Source: Malacoraja senta (Eukaryota). Taken from it: a DNA stretch of 64,000 nucleotides. Shown piece after piece: positions 1 to 13,100 of this stretch. The DNA lies in contig CM075987.1 of assembly GCA_038087875.1 (NCBI GenBank), positions 18,538,001 through 18,602,000 on the forward strand, given 5' to 3'. Position 1 is the first letter of the stretch. Every line of letters begins with the position of its first letter. The translations under genes were made by a program, and so were the position numbers. The notes under the pieces are model-generated. The model made no database searches. It saw only the letters and a list, made by a program, of their open reading frames with translations, and was not told where the DNA came from.

Positions 1-3000
1 ACAAACCACTTTTTTTTTTTAAATTAACCAATCCCATCTATGCAGGGATGGAGTTGGTAGAGTGTGGTGATCAGAAGGAAACATGGACTAATAAATAGCA
101 GCCTCTAACAATAGATAGAACTAACTGCTGAGAGAAATTTAACTGCCTCATTTTAAAGAAATGTTAATCATTTTTTTAATAGGAAGCTGTTTACTCCCAT
201 CTGCTGCAGCAGAAAATTGCGCTTTGAATGGGTTTAATCAGTCACCATTCAACGTGGAAATATGACAGCCTATTTGTGAATAGCCAGCTCTCACTGCAAT
301 GTGAAATGACTAAATAATCAGCCTTTTAACAAGTGCCAACTTCCGTTGCACTTTATAGGCATTCTACAAAAACAAGAATCTTTAAGTGAATGGAGAAAAG
401 TGAAGAGGGTTAGCAATATTTCATATCAAAGAAAAATGGGATTCTAGCTAACGGGTCAAGGCACAAGTATAGATTGAATTTGAGAATAGATCATGTGATT
501 AAACAGGTACTGGACACTAACAAGTGGCAACAATTCCGCCAATGGTAGGAACAAAAAAATGAGATTTAAAGACCAGTCAAAATAATCATATGGTCTGCTG
601 GCACTTGTATAGTGGCAGAGCCGGGTGCATGTTTGAAGGATTGCATTTATCTGCAGCTGTAAAGGTAGCATCTAAATCAGAAAGTAGACAAGAATGGCTG
701 CAAGAGTTGGGTGGCAAGAGAAGAACGAAAAACGGCACGAATATATATTTTTTTAAGAAAAGGAAGATTGAGTAAAATAGCTATGCAAAAAGACTAAATC
801 AAACATGGCACGGTAGTGACCAGTGTAGCCCGAGCTTGACTAATCAAGTATCTGTGCAGCTTCGTACATCTGCCTGCATTGTTTCTCAACATGTATATCC
901 TTCTCTATTTCTCCTCTTCCCAATGCTGCAGTCAAGCCATCCACACTCTGCTGTTAATATGAAGAACATTTTTAACCAGATCTGTACATTGAGATCATAT
1001 TAGCCAAGGCAAGTTCCCATTTCAGCTGAAGTCACTCCATTTCCATTAGGCCTCAATGCAGACATTATATAATGACCTCAATACAGACATCACATTGCAC
1101 TACAAAAATAACTAATTTAAACCACATACCACTGGAGTCTGGTCTACACTTGAAACAATCAAGATCGCAAATGGTCACGCCATTTTATTAAACTCCCCCT
1201 ACATTGAATTTAAAGGTTAAAAACCAAGTAGAATATATTTTAAAATAACTTTTCCCAGTTCCAAAACCACCTCCACCAACAATGCAGCTGGCATTGACCA
1301 GGAACACTTGTACATTCTACTTATTTTAATTAAAAGTAAAATTACCACTTCCCCTAAATTCCAAAAAAAGGAACCTCCCCTTAGAAAGATAGTTTACAAA
1401 TACTGAACATTGGAAATCGAATAAAAGCTGGAAAACGCAAAGGTTTACAAACAAAGGCAACTAAAAGTGAAAAGGGGTCAAATTAATTGATCAGCTTTGC
1501 AAAAGCTGCAGATGTACAGCGGATATGTAACATTTCCCTTTATTCTGATTTCATTAGTTAATATTAAACGGGTATGTTCCTGCAAATGGATGCTGCATTC
1601 TCTTGCCAACAATTCACAATAGCATGAAATCTGCACTGTGCAGCGGTAAATGCATGCGGAGGAGAGGACAGAGTACAGTGCGACTCACTACATTTTAAAA
1701 GTTGTATAAAACTGCCAATCAGAAAAAAAATCTTATTTGGTAGAATTCAATTAGAAAGCCTATATATTTACTTTCACTGAATTTTTTTAATACTTCCAGG
1801 AGGTAAATGGTGCCACTGAAATGTCAAATGTTTTGACTTTGCAAGTTACCTCTTCTGAACAATAATGGAATCCATTTTCTGTTTACACAAGACCACTTTT
1901 ATCCAAACAGCACAAACTCAAGTACAGAGAACCCCAGAATTAGGGTGGGGATTGCTAAAATTCTTACTATTCATTGGGCTTGTACACATGAATGATTGTC
2001 ATTTTACTGGGCCACACCAAGGCATTAAGAACCACAGAACTGTACCAAAAGCAATGAATTAACCATGGATGGAGAAGGTACATTTATAACTAGCACATTT
2101 GTTCAAAAAAATCTGGAACATCTAGAGTTGTGAAAATTAAAAAATTAATCAAATTTGTGCAATGACAGCACTTCAGCTCTTGTAGTTACAATCTGGGAAA
2201 GGTTTCTGCATTGCACAAGACTCGAGTAATAGTTTTCCACTCTATTTTAAAATTGCACGAGAGAAGGAGAGCTGTTTTCTGGACAACCAATCTGTTCCAA
2301 ACCACCATGGAGACAGATTAGTTGGTCTGGTTTGTTTTGGGCAATAATGATGAAGAGAAACTTAAAAAGCAGCAGAAAATTAAATCAAGTCAACCATTTA
2401 CCAAAAAGCAGCTGGCAAGTAGCAAGCCTGAAACTTCCCCACTTCGATGCAAATCTTTTGGCAATTCTTTCAGCCAATATAAATACGGAAAAGACTTTTC
2501 ACTCCACTCAATCTCTTCTTTTAAAGCACCGGTAGTCTCAATCTCAAACCACAAACTAAACTTGTTAGTGAATCAGCAGCTCCTGATGGATGGTCTCAGT
2601 ACACTGTCATTTTTAAGAAAGGAGAACACTTATAAAATACAACCAAGTACAATAGGGGAAGAATTGCTTTTGTTTTCATGTCAAGAGATATCAATATGAC
2701 TTCCCAAAGAAACAACCCAATTTTGCTTTACAGCAACCAAAGCACTTCAACTAGGTTTATTTATTTTGAGAGAGTATCAATTGTTGGTTACTGGCAGTAA
2801 AATGTTACTACTTACAGATGTTCTGGCGTATAGATTAACCACAGCAACCAAAACATTTCCTTTTCATAAATAGATAACTATTCCAGCGTTCAAACCACAA
2901 CACCAATCTTAGTTTCTCACCACTGTAACACTAATTTAAAAACAAAACAACTTCATTTGTTCATGGTAATCATCGATTTTATCGGGTGGATTCATCATCG

Positions 3001-3408
3001 TAGGTCACAATGATTATGGTTTAAGATTTTCCTTTGTCCTACAAAGAGGAAATAGGCTGGTGCATGGAAAACTCACAAGTAAAAACTCATCTGTACAAAT
3101 TCTCCAAATAGAGCATTCTATAAAAATCAGTATTTATAGATTTCTTATACACAGCAGTAATGAGCACCAAGGTACCATGTAGTGAGAGACGAGACCATCT
3201 TCCAAAGCTGCAAAAGTAACCAATTAATTGCTTTAAAATATATTCATATAGTAATCAGTGGGAGTATTCTGCACTCTAAAACAGACTTATTTGGCACTGC
3301 GATTATTTTGAACAATGACCTCCTGTTGGTGGATGCGAGGAAAAGTCAAACCTACGTATTAGTAAAAGACGTGATAAGAAAACCCTTACTCAGCTACAAT
3401 TATTACCT

Positions 3409-3414
3409 TTTATT
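3409..3414 (-). terminator. Candidate UBAC1 proximal polyadenylation signal AATAAA
   Basis: First minus-strand AATAAA I found after the stop codon (about 640 nt away), followed by a U/GU-rich tract (GGGTTTTCTTATCACGTCTTTT). Confidence 0.45.
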
Positions 3415-4057
3415 TTCAATATTGCAATCACCTCTGTCTGCAGGACTGCCTCCTTCACTGTACACAACCACTAATTTTGAAGTTTCTATCGAGGACTGAC
3501 AACCTTGATAACAAGAGCAATGCAGCTCTCCACATTAATAGGTCTTTCCAAGTATGTTTTGGTGCATTTCTAATAATAATAATATTGTTCACCAGTTATC
3601 AAAGTTGCTCTATCCCTTTCAAAGAGGTATATATATAGGGTTCAATAACCAAGGCAATCAAATAATAGTAAACATCTATTTAGCGGATCCCAAGCTTTTT
3701 ACCCTTTGTTCTTTGGCTGTTCACAAATGTCCAAATGCCAAACAACATATTAGTTGCCCGTTTCCAAAAATGGGATTACCACTGTCTTTAGCTTTTATAA
3801 GTGTTCTCTTTTGTGTCTTGAAATCTGTGCAATTTACTAATAACCTTTCCTTTAAATTAAAAAACCCTCAGATCAAGGCCTTAAGCACTAGATCCAAAGG
3901 CAACAGTAGTTACGTGGATGTAGTTGCAAGCTTCTCATATTAAGTACAAACAGGCTCCAGTCGTGAACAATCCGCACTTGTTCTTCTCAGGAAATGATAC
4001 CCATCGCTGCAGGCAAGCAGCTGGAAGCACCCGTGTTGGAGGAGAGGGGGGTGTGTC

Positions 4058-4173
4058 CTACGTACGATTCAGAGTCTGGAAAATTCTAGAAATCTGCAGC
4101 ATCACAGGGCCTGTCTCGGGATCATTCATCCACTGAGTGCTGTTCAACGGATTTTCCAGCATATCTTCAAATG
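4058..4173 (-). CDS. UBAC1: UBAC1 exon 10, last coding exon ([38 protein letters not shown])
   Basis: Acceptor TTGCAG|CA; TAG stop at 4058-4060. Confidence 0.96.
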
Positions 4174-7100
4174 CTGCAAGAGGGAACGTAAGGTGGGAGA
4201 GGGGAGGGGTTGGAATGGAGGAAGAGAAAGTGGAAATGAATAACAGGGTAGCATAAACACAAAAGAGGGTATTCTTTAGTGGGTAACATCGTAGATTATT
4301 TTTTTTCATCTATTAAAACAAGATTCCTTAGAAAACTGTCCTAGCCATTACATTTTACATTATGTAATCACTTATGGTATATTAAAATATTTTAAATTAA
4401 TGATTTTGAGCAAAGTATAGAAAATTTAAATTACAAAGTACATTCTTTTAGTACTTAAATATCACGTTAACCATGTAACTCCATCTGCCATTTTTCAGCT
4501 CCTTTCACCAAGACCTCAATAACTCTCTGCAGCCTAAGGACTTCCATGCACACCATTAACATCTACGCCAATTCTGCTGGAAATTCAAGATTCTTTACAA
4601 ACTCATGATGCAAAAATGCAAGCAAGGCGTGATTCACTCAGTCAATCCCTTTCGGACTGGTGCCAAAAACTATTCAGAGAAGAATCGAATGCCATGAGAA
4701 TTAGATGACGTGCACTGCAAAAAAAAATTTGGCCAGGATTTAAAAAAAATATAGTATAAAGTTGTAGATGATAATACTGAAGGAGAAAGTAATTTTCCCT
4801 CTAGTCAGAAAATGTTTGAAAATTTCATTTAACTTTTCTTAGAAGCCCAGATTGAATCTATGTTTGATGCCAGACCCCTCCAGCTCTTGGTTAGACAACT
4901 ATGCAGGTGCCTTGGAAGTGACCATGCAGGGGAAAGAAAAAGCAAGGGAAATCTGCCTTTCTTGGACATATGTGCGGTTATGAAATAGCACTGTTGATCA
5001 AACTAGGACACTTTTGCTGTCCAGATTGAAAGGAAATGCACAAAGTAATGAAAAACAATATTTTTATGAACGGGAGATGCAAACATTATGACATTAAATA
5101 TTATACCACGTATAACAGTATTGGGCATAGCTTTAAGGTGAGAAAGGCAAGGTTTAAAGGAGAAGTGCGGGCAAGTTTTTTTTTACGGTGAGTGTTTGGA
5201 ACATGCTGTAGGCATGTGGCATTTAAGAGACTTTTGGATAGGCATTTTGGATAAAACGTAACCCATTCCTTCTCTCCAGAGATGCTGCCTGTCCAGAGTT
5301 AATCCAGCATTTTGTCTACGGATATGGATACACATGGATTGGAGGGGCTTGGATAATGTACAGGCAGTTAAGAGAGTCTCTTGGCATCGTGGGCCATAGG
5401 GCCTGGTCTTCTGCCGTTCTGTGTTCTATTTTTGTCTTCGATCCAAAAAAAGCAAAAATAAGCTAGGCTGCCCCCAAAAGAATCAGGCAATAAAAGCTGC
5501 CATAGGCAAGTCAATCAGAGCCATTGTTCTATTGCAAAGGAACAGAAGCCCATAGGGAAAGTTATTTTTGCACCACGTAGTTGTTTATGCAGCTTTCCAC
5601 TGAGGTTTTCTCTCTTGCTTGTAAAAATCAGCACTGTTTGCTCAAGGGAAACCACGTCATAACAGTAGCACAGAAGTCACAGATTTCCCAAGGAACACCT
5701 ATGCTTAGCAGCAACACTTGGTTAAAAATGTAATGTTCAGTCAACAAGGTTTAAGGGGCATTTAAACGTTCTTCAATGTACTTAGAACATCCAACTATGT
5801 TATGCTTTGTTACAAAGTAAGGCTATAGCAACAAACAAAGCACTGCACAATAAACAGTTAGCGTATCTCTGAGTCACCAAATTCCAATCTCCAAGTCACT
5901 GAACTTATTGAATGGAAAATATAGTTGTCAACCATCAAATAACAAACCTCTGGATTATTTTCAAATAATGTGTTAACATGCAACTGTTAGTTACACCTAA
6001 TGGTGGGAACTAATCCTTGAACTGTGCAAAACCAACAAGAAGTGACTTGATCAAAACATACAGGGTCTTGACAGTTCAGAAGTGAAAATAATCCTCTCTT
6101 GTAGAAGAACCCAGATCTTGGGATCATTGCTTAAAAATAAGGAATTGCCCATTTAAAGCAGTGGAATTCAATTTTTTCTGTTAGTGTGTCTCAAGTCTTT
6201 GAAACTTTTTCTCAAAAGGGCCATGCAAATAGAGTCTTTGAATGTTTATAAAGCAGAGGTATGCAAGGGAGTGAAAGGATATGTAGAATGTGTGGGAACA
6301 TGTTGAACTTCCAATTTGATCAGCTACAATTTTATTGCATGCAGTGGCAAATTTGAGGGTCAAATGCTCTACCCCTGGACCTAACAAGCACCTAGACTTT
6401 AGGAGCACTGTAGAAATAAACACCTGACGATAGTTAACATATAAAAAAGATGCAGAGTTGCTGAAAGGAAAAATTGTCTGAAAAAAATACAAGGAACAAG
6501 AAAGAAAGCATTTTAAAATTCTAATCTGAGTTCATTGTTTATCATGAGACCAAAGCTTTTTACAAAAAACTTACCAAGCAGTGTTTTAGGATTAATCAGT
6601 CCCAGCTGTACTACAGGGTTGTCCAAAATGGCTTGAAATAACGGGCTTTCGATATCAATACCATTATCCAATTCCTCAGGGGAAGGCTTTCGATCACCCA
6701 GCAGCCACTCACACTGAATGATAAAAATTACTCATTACTGATCATAGAGACACTCAGCACAGAAACAGGCCCTTCGGCCCAACCTTCCCATGCCGACTAA
6801 GATGCCCCATTTACATCAGTCCTACCTGCCCACATTTGGCCCATATCTTTTCTAAACCTTTCTTATCTATGTACCCATGCAAATGTCTTTTAAATATTAT
6901 TTATAGCACCTGTGAAAAGTTTCTCGAAAACCCATTCTCCTTCTGCGCTCCAAAGAATAAAGTCCTAGCCTGATTAGCCTCTCCTTATATCTCAGGTCCT
7001 CGAGTGCTGGCAACATCCTAGTAAATCTTCTCTGCACTTTTTCCAACTTAACAGCATCCTTCCGATAACAGGGTGACCAAACCTGAACACAATACTCTAT

Positions 7101-10100
7101 ACTCAAACTTGAATGCAAGGTCTATACTCAATGCCATGACTGATGAAGGCCAATGTACCAAAAGCATTCTTGACCACCTTATCTATCTGTGATGTCACTT
7201 CCAAGAAATTAATGGGCCTGTCCCACTTAAGCGATTTTTTTGGCAACTACAGGCGACTAGTTTGTCGCCACATGTTCGCCGGTGGTCACCGGGAGTAGTC
7301 TCCTCAGTCGCGCAAAAAGTCATAGCGTCTTTCTGATCGCCGCTAAATTTTCTACATGTTGAACATTTTTCGGCGACAGTGGGTTTGACCAGTGAATCCA
7401 TTAACTATTCCTCAACCCACTTTCCCAGCTGATCAAGGTCCTGCTGTAATTTTTGATAACCATCTTTGTTATCTACGATACCACCCACTTTATTGTCATC
7501 GGCAAACTTACTAACCGTGCCTTCTATATTCTCAACCAAATCGTCGATATAAACCACAAAAAACAACAGGCCTAACCCTTATCCCCGTGGCACACCACCA
7601 GTTAAAAGGTTTCCGGTCCAAAAAATAACCTTCCACCATCACCCTCTTCTCCCTTCCATGAACCCAATCTCTATCCAGTCTGATTCTGAAGAAGGGTTCT
7701 GACCCGAAACGTCACCTAGCCTTTTTCTCCAGAGATGCTGCCTGACCTGCTGAGTTACACCAGCACTTTGTATCTATCTTCCGTATAAACCAGCATCTGC
7801 AGTTCCTTTATACATTCTCTATCTACTCTCTCTCCGATTCCTATGCAATCTAATCTTCCAGAGCAGTCTACCATGCAGAACCTTATTCAAATGCTTTGCT
7901 TCAGTCCAGAAAGACAAGTCTACAGCTTTGCCCTCATCAACATATACCCATCCCAAGCCTCTAGCTTTTCCTGACCAGTGCCTCAATTTCTCTCGTCATC
8001 CAAGCTTCTTTACTCCCACCTGGCTTGCCCTTCACTCTAACAGGAACATGCATGACCTGATCTTTTGTCATCGCACTTTTAAAAGCATCCCAGTTTCCGG
8101 ATGTTCCTTTTGCTCACAAACAACCTACTCCAATCAACTTTAGCAGATTCCTGTCTAATATCTAAGTTGGCCTTGCCCCAATTCAGAATTTTTACTTGTG
8201 GGGCCGCACTGTCTTTATCCATAACTATTTTAAAGTTAATGGAACCAGTGGTCGCTGGACCCAAAAGGCTCATCCATGGACACTTCCATCACTTGCCCTT
8301 CCCAAATTCCTAAGAGCAGGTCAAGCTTTGCCTTCACCCTTGTAAGGCCCTTTACATTTTAGCCCCCGAGCAAATTTCCCTGAATATATGACAAATTCCA
8401 CCTCGTCTAAGCCCGTGGCACGATGAAAGGCCCAGTCTACATTGAGAAAGTTAAAATCCCCTTCTGTGATCAGTTTAAAAAAAAATAATAATAATTTGTG
8501 TCTCGTCTTCGGTTTAAACCAGCATCTGCAGTTCCTTCCTACACAATTGGTGTTGTAACATTAAAATGGCAAATTGAGAAGTGTTTCAATTACAAGACAT
8601 TGTAATGTATTCCACCCTTAATATTAACAAATGACCCAAAATACTTCAAACGTGAAAAAACTTTGCACCGAGTCATATAATTCAGGGTAAATAGAAAATG
8701 TTGCTCAAAAAGATGTAGCATGGAGCCATCTAACACTTGCAGCAGTCTGCTCCACTCACAACTCCTCCCCCTTCTGTCGTGGAGTAGACCGAGACGGACT
8801 CCCCTTCCCAATCTTTGCACATCCCCCAAGCCTTTCCGCTCATCATTTTAATCTCATGTTTCATGTATTTTGTGTTTTTATGACTGTTGGCAGATCAATT
8901 TCCCTCCTGGGATAAATAAAGTTATATCGTATCGTATTGAACAGTTACAGTACGTTGGCAAGAGTGCTTCTCCCTTGCTCCTCCACCCCCACTCACTCTC
9001 TTTCACCCCCGCCCCCTCAGATTCCTACTTCCAGCAACTCTTTTTATCCATCATGCAGAACTGGGAGGATCAGTGTGCAAGTAAAACTATTACACCGGGA
9101 GTGGGTGTGGTAAATCAGACAATTTATTTGAATTTCACACCTGTTAATCTTCCATTGGTCAATTGTTCCTCGAAGACTTTAGCGATATTTACAATGAAAA
9201 AACACAAACTATCATTATAGACCCAGGTGGAAAGGGAAGGCAGAAACAAGCAAGACAGGAAAAGGTAAATGGTGAAAATAAAATTAAAGCATCCAAGCTT
9301 ATATAAAGCTTATGTGGCCCTTGTTGCTAAAGGGATCAGGGGGTATGGAGAGAAGGCAGGTACAGGATACTGAGTTGGATGATCAGCCATGATCATATTG
9401 AATGGCAGTGCAGGCTCGAAGGGCCGAATGGCCTACTCGTACCTATTTTCTATGTTTCTATAACAGGCCAAAATCATAATTCTGCACAAATATTACCTTC
9501 ATGAGCAAGGGGTTGAAATGCTTTAAGAATATAATTTTTTTAAGTTGGCTGAATAATTTAGTTATCCTAACTCACTCTCAATTTCTACATCACCAACATT
9601 TACACAGTTCCACTAGCACCTGTTATGTTTTTGGTTTATAGATCTTTACTAGTTTGACGTCTGTTGCTAATCATAATATTAAAAAGACAGCTTCGATTGT
9701 CTCCTAATATAGCAAAGCAACTTTCAGCGGTTGAGTGGAGACTGCTCAGCAATTTTATTCTACGAGTTATTCAAAAGGGAACAGCCACAAATAACACTTT
9801 ATGTACAAGATCAGAATAGATAAAATGCAACGGCAAATTAATGCATTACCTCCTTAGAAGGATGCAATAATATGCTCCATGCTAACTCAAAGACAATCAT
9901 ATAACCTTTTCTTAAATTTCCACTGACTCATTTTGCACAAACATCCTACATTCCCCACCCCCTTAACAACCTAAACAATATGTTCATGGTTTAGATAAAT
10001 GCAATTAAGAATGCAGTGAATAAAACATCAAACTCAAATGCAATTAGATGCAATTATTTGGAGTCATAGTTGTGCAGATCAGAAACAGGTATTTGACCCA

Positions 10101-13100
10101 TAATGCAATGGCGACTTTTTTATCCATCTACACCAATTCCATTCCCTACACCAATTTCATTGCCTAGTCAAGTGTCCCTCCAAACAGCGATTTGATTCCA
10201 CCACTTCCTCCGCGAGTGTATTCCAGATATCAACCAATCTGTATTTCTAAGACAATATTTTATTTAATAAACTCTTTATGGTACTTACAGCAGCATCTTG
10301 TTGGTTGTTGTTAACTCTCAATGCATCGATTACTTCCTTTTCATCAAATCCCATTTCCATCAGAGCAATCATTGCCTATCAAAGAAAATACAAATTGACC
10401 GACAACTGTATCACCACCTGTACTTCACTTGACACTATATTTAAAATGGTAATTTTCCAAAAATAGCAGATTGCTCATAAAACCTCTCGCAGAGAACAAA
10501 ATCATAACACATGGCAAATGAAATCACGCTTCATTTGAAAAATCTGTCACTTCACATGGCCAGAACAATTCTGCCCTCCATCAATTCTGCTTGCTATCAT
10601 GATAAGGTTTTGTTCCTGATTTCCCCTTACCATTCCCACATATGTATACATAAATGCCCGGAGGCCTGTACGATGAATAGTTACAGCACAGTGGGTACAG
10701 GATTGATGGCAGGGTTAATTAAAAGCTGACTCCAAATTCCAATGAAGTCCTTACACTCTGATTTCACATATTTGGCTTTTAACTCAGCAGTCTGCACAGA
10801 AAACAATCCAACTTCCTAATTTTGACAGCAAGCCCCCCCCCCCCCCCCCCCACACACAAAAAAAAACCCACAGGAGCCGAAATGCAGAGCATTCAACTGG
10901 AGCCAGTTCTTCATGGCCTATGCTACAGCAATTATTTTCATTTTATCCTTTACTCTTTTCCTATCCCGTCAAGCAGATTTAGGAAAAACGATTGCATGTA
11001 ACACAGAAGCCCATTCTTTAGTATTTCATTGAATGCAAACACATTTTGATCCATCAGGAAATTGTGCAATGAGCCATAAAAACCCAAGTCTTTATTCTTT
11101 TTAATGATTGGGATCTTTAGCCAACCGACAAATCACAGCAACATATAATCAATGTTGAAAGCACAAGAGGCTAACATTGAGAAACAAATAATTAACTACT
11201 TGGACTCATCATGGTGCTAACAATTTCTTTGAAAAGTAAAACAGTATTCCAACTGTATTTCCAGCGTGGCACTAAATAAAGTTTGCAGTTAACATATTTC
11301 TTGCTTATCATAGATTTTAATTAGAATTTGAATATGGGGCAAATAAAGGAAGCCTTAAATGATACATACTTCAGTTCTCTCAGCAGCCACAGTATCATTC
11401 ATATCAAATTACTTTACTTTCTAACAAACTGATGTACCACAACGTCTAGTTTGTAATCAATATGGTGCCACAGAGTGAACACCCCAACTTATGTGAAACA
11501 TATTAAATTTAAGAAATATGTCCCGCCGTACAGTATCAGTAATGTGGAAATTCTACTCACTCTGGGTTCTGGTCGAAATTCCCGTTTCCTCCTAATTCTC
11601 TTGAAGATGTCAGTCAGCTCATCTTGCTTGGAAATTTCAGCAACTGCTTCAGGTTTAGCCTCCTCTGCTGCTGCTCTTTTTCCTCCAGGAACAGGCAGCG
11701 GTGCATCGATTGCAGGGTCTTCTGCATGCTCTATTAGCCACTCCATAGCCTGTGTTACAGACATACTGGAGGGGGAAAGGAAGGGGAAACCTGCAATTAT
11801 TGTACATCTGCATACAACAATATTGTGGATATTCAGACCCCAGAATGGGGCCTGCCTCCATCTTGGCTACATTGTGACAAGTCAAGAGTGTTGAATTGTC
11901 CTATGCACTGGCAATGGAGCAATGGAATTCTTACTTGCAACAGTTTAACAGGCCTGTTAATGCAATAATAGAGATAAACTATTTTTTTTTTTAAATCAAG
12001 CATATTAATAACTATGATCAGTGCGAACAAATGGAATCAAAGTGCAATAAAGACATTGTCCTAGAAGATCATAGTTCATGGTAAGATTAAATCACATGTA
12101 AAATTAAAACAAAAGTAAAAATTAAAATTGGCTAAAGATTGATCACTGTGCACAAAACAAAATGTATTATGGTGCTGCACGTATCATTTTGACACAACAT
12201 ACCCATTTATAATACAATTGCCACTGAACATACGTTTAAAGAAGAAGTGGGCTTGGGAATACCGTTTCTGAGAGCATTGAAATAACACTGCACTAAATAA
12301 CACAAAGCACAATCACCTTAGATTAGAATAAGGAATTCTAAGCCTCCAAGCTGGGACTTTTAAACAAATATCTAAGCCTACAGCTGAGCTATCTTCCTCC
12401 ATTATGAAGATTGGGAGTTTAGTTAGAGGCAAATCCTGTGTAAAATAAAATGGTACTCCATTTATGTGTGACAACAAATTTAGAAGGCTTCCTGTTTAAT
12501 AGAATAATACATCCCATGATGGAAAGGTACTGCCTTGATATCCTTCAATACTTAAGGGTCTGTCCCACTTGAGCATCATTTGCGCGCCATTTACGCGGCC
12601 TCGTCATCACGTTGAGATGCCCGGGTAGCGTGTGGGCCGTGCGGGACGGTTGCATGGAGAAGCGTGGAGGGGTATGGAGTTGCGCGTGATATCGCGCGAC
12701 GCTCCAGGATTTTGTAGGGCACAAAATCTTCGCGCGCCTCCGGCGTGATGTATCGCGTACACATGCGGGCGTATTGCAGTCGTACACAGGCGTCCTGACC
12801 TCGTACGTGCAGCGCGTGGTGACGCATAATTACATCACTGTGCGTAACCAATGGCCGCCACGCGCCGCCCATACGCAGTCGGCCACAATGAGAAAATAAT
12901 TACGCCGTAAACATCAATGCTTTCAGAGTAATGCCTTCAGAGTAACACCTTAATAAGTATTTTTGAAACATCCTTAGTTAAGGATGTTTCCAAAGTTAAC
13001 ATCCAGGTAAGGATTTCAGATTTTATATCGTAAAAGAACACTAGTAACCAAATTAGTTGGTTTTTTTAAATAACTACCAACAATTTTACTAACACCATTT

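Larger units (their letters stand above)
6745..8465 (-). mobile_element. Fragmented CR1-type LINE (RT/C-terminal region and 3' tail) with nested insertions
   Basis: [54 protein letters not shown] and [10 protein letters not shown] motifs; 3' tail gggcctgtttctgtgctg. Confidence 0.85.
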
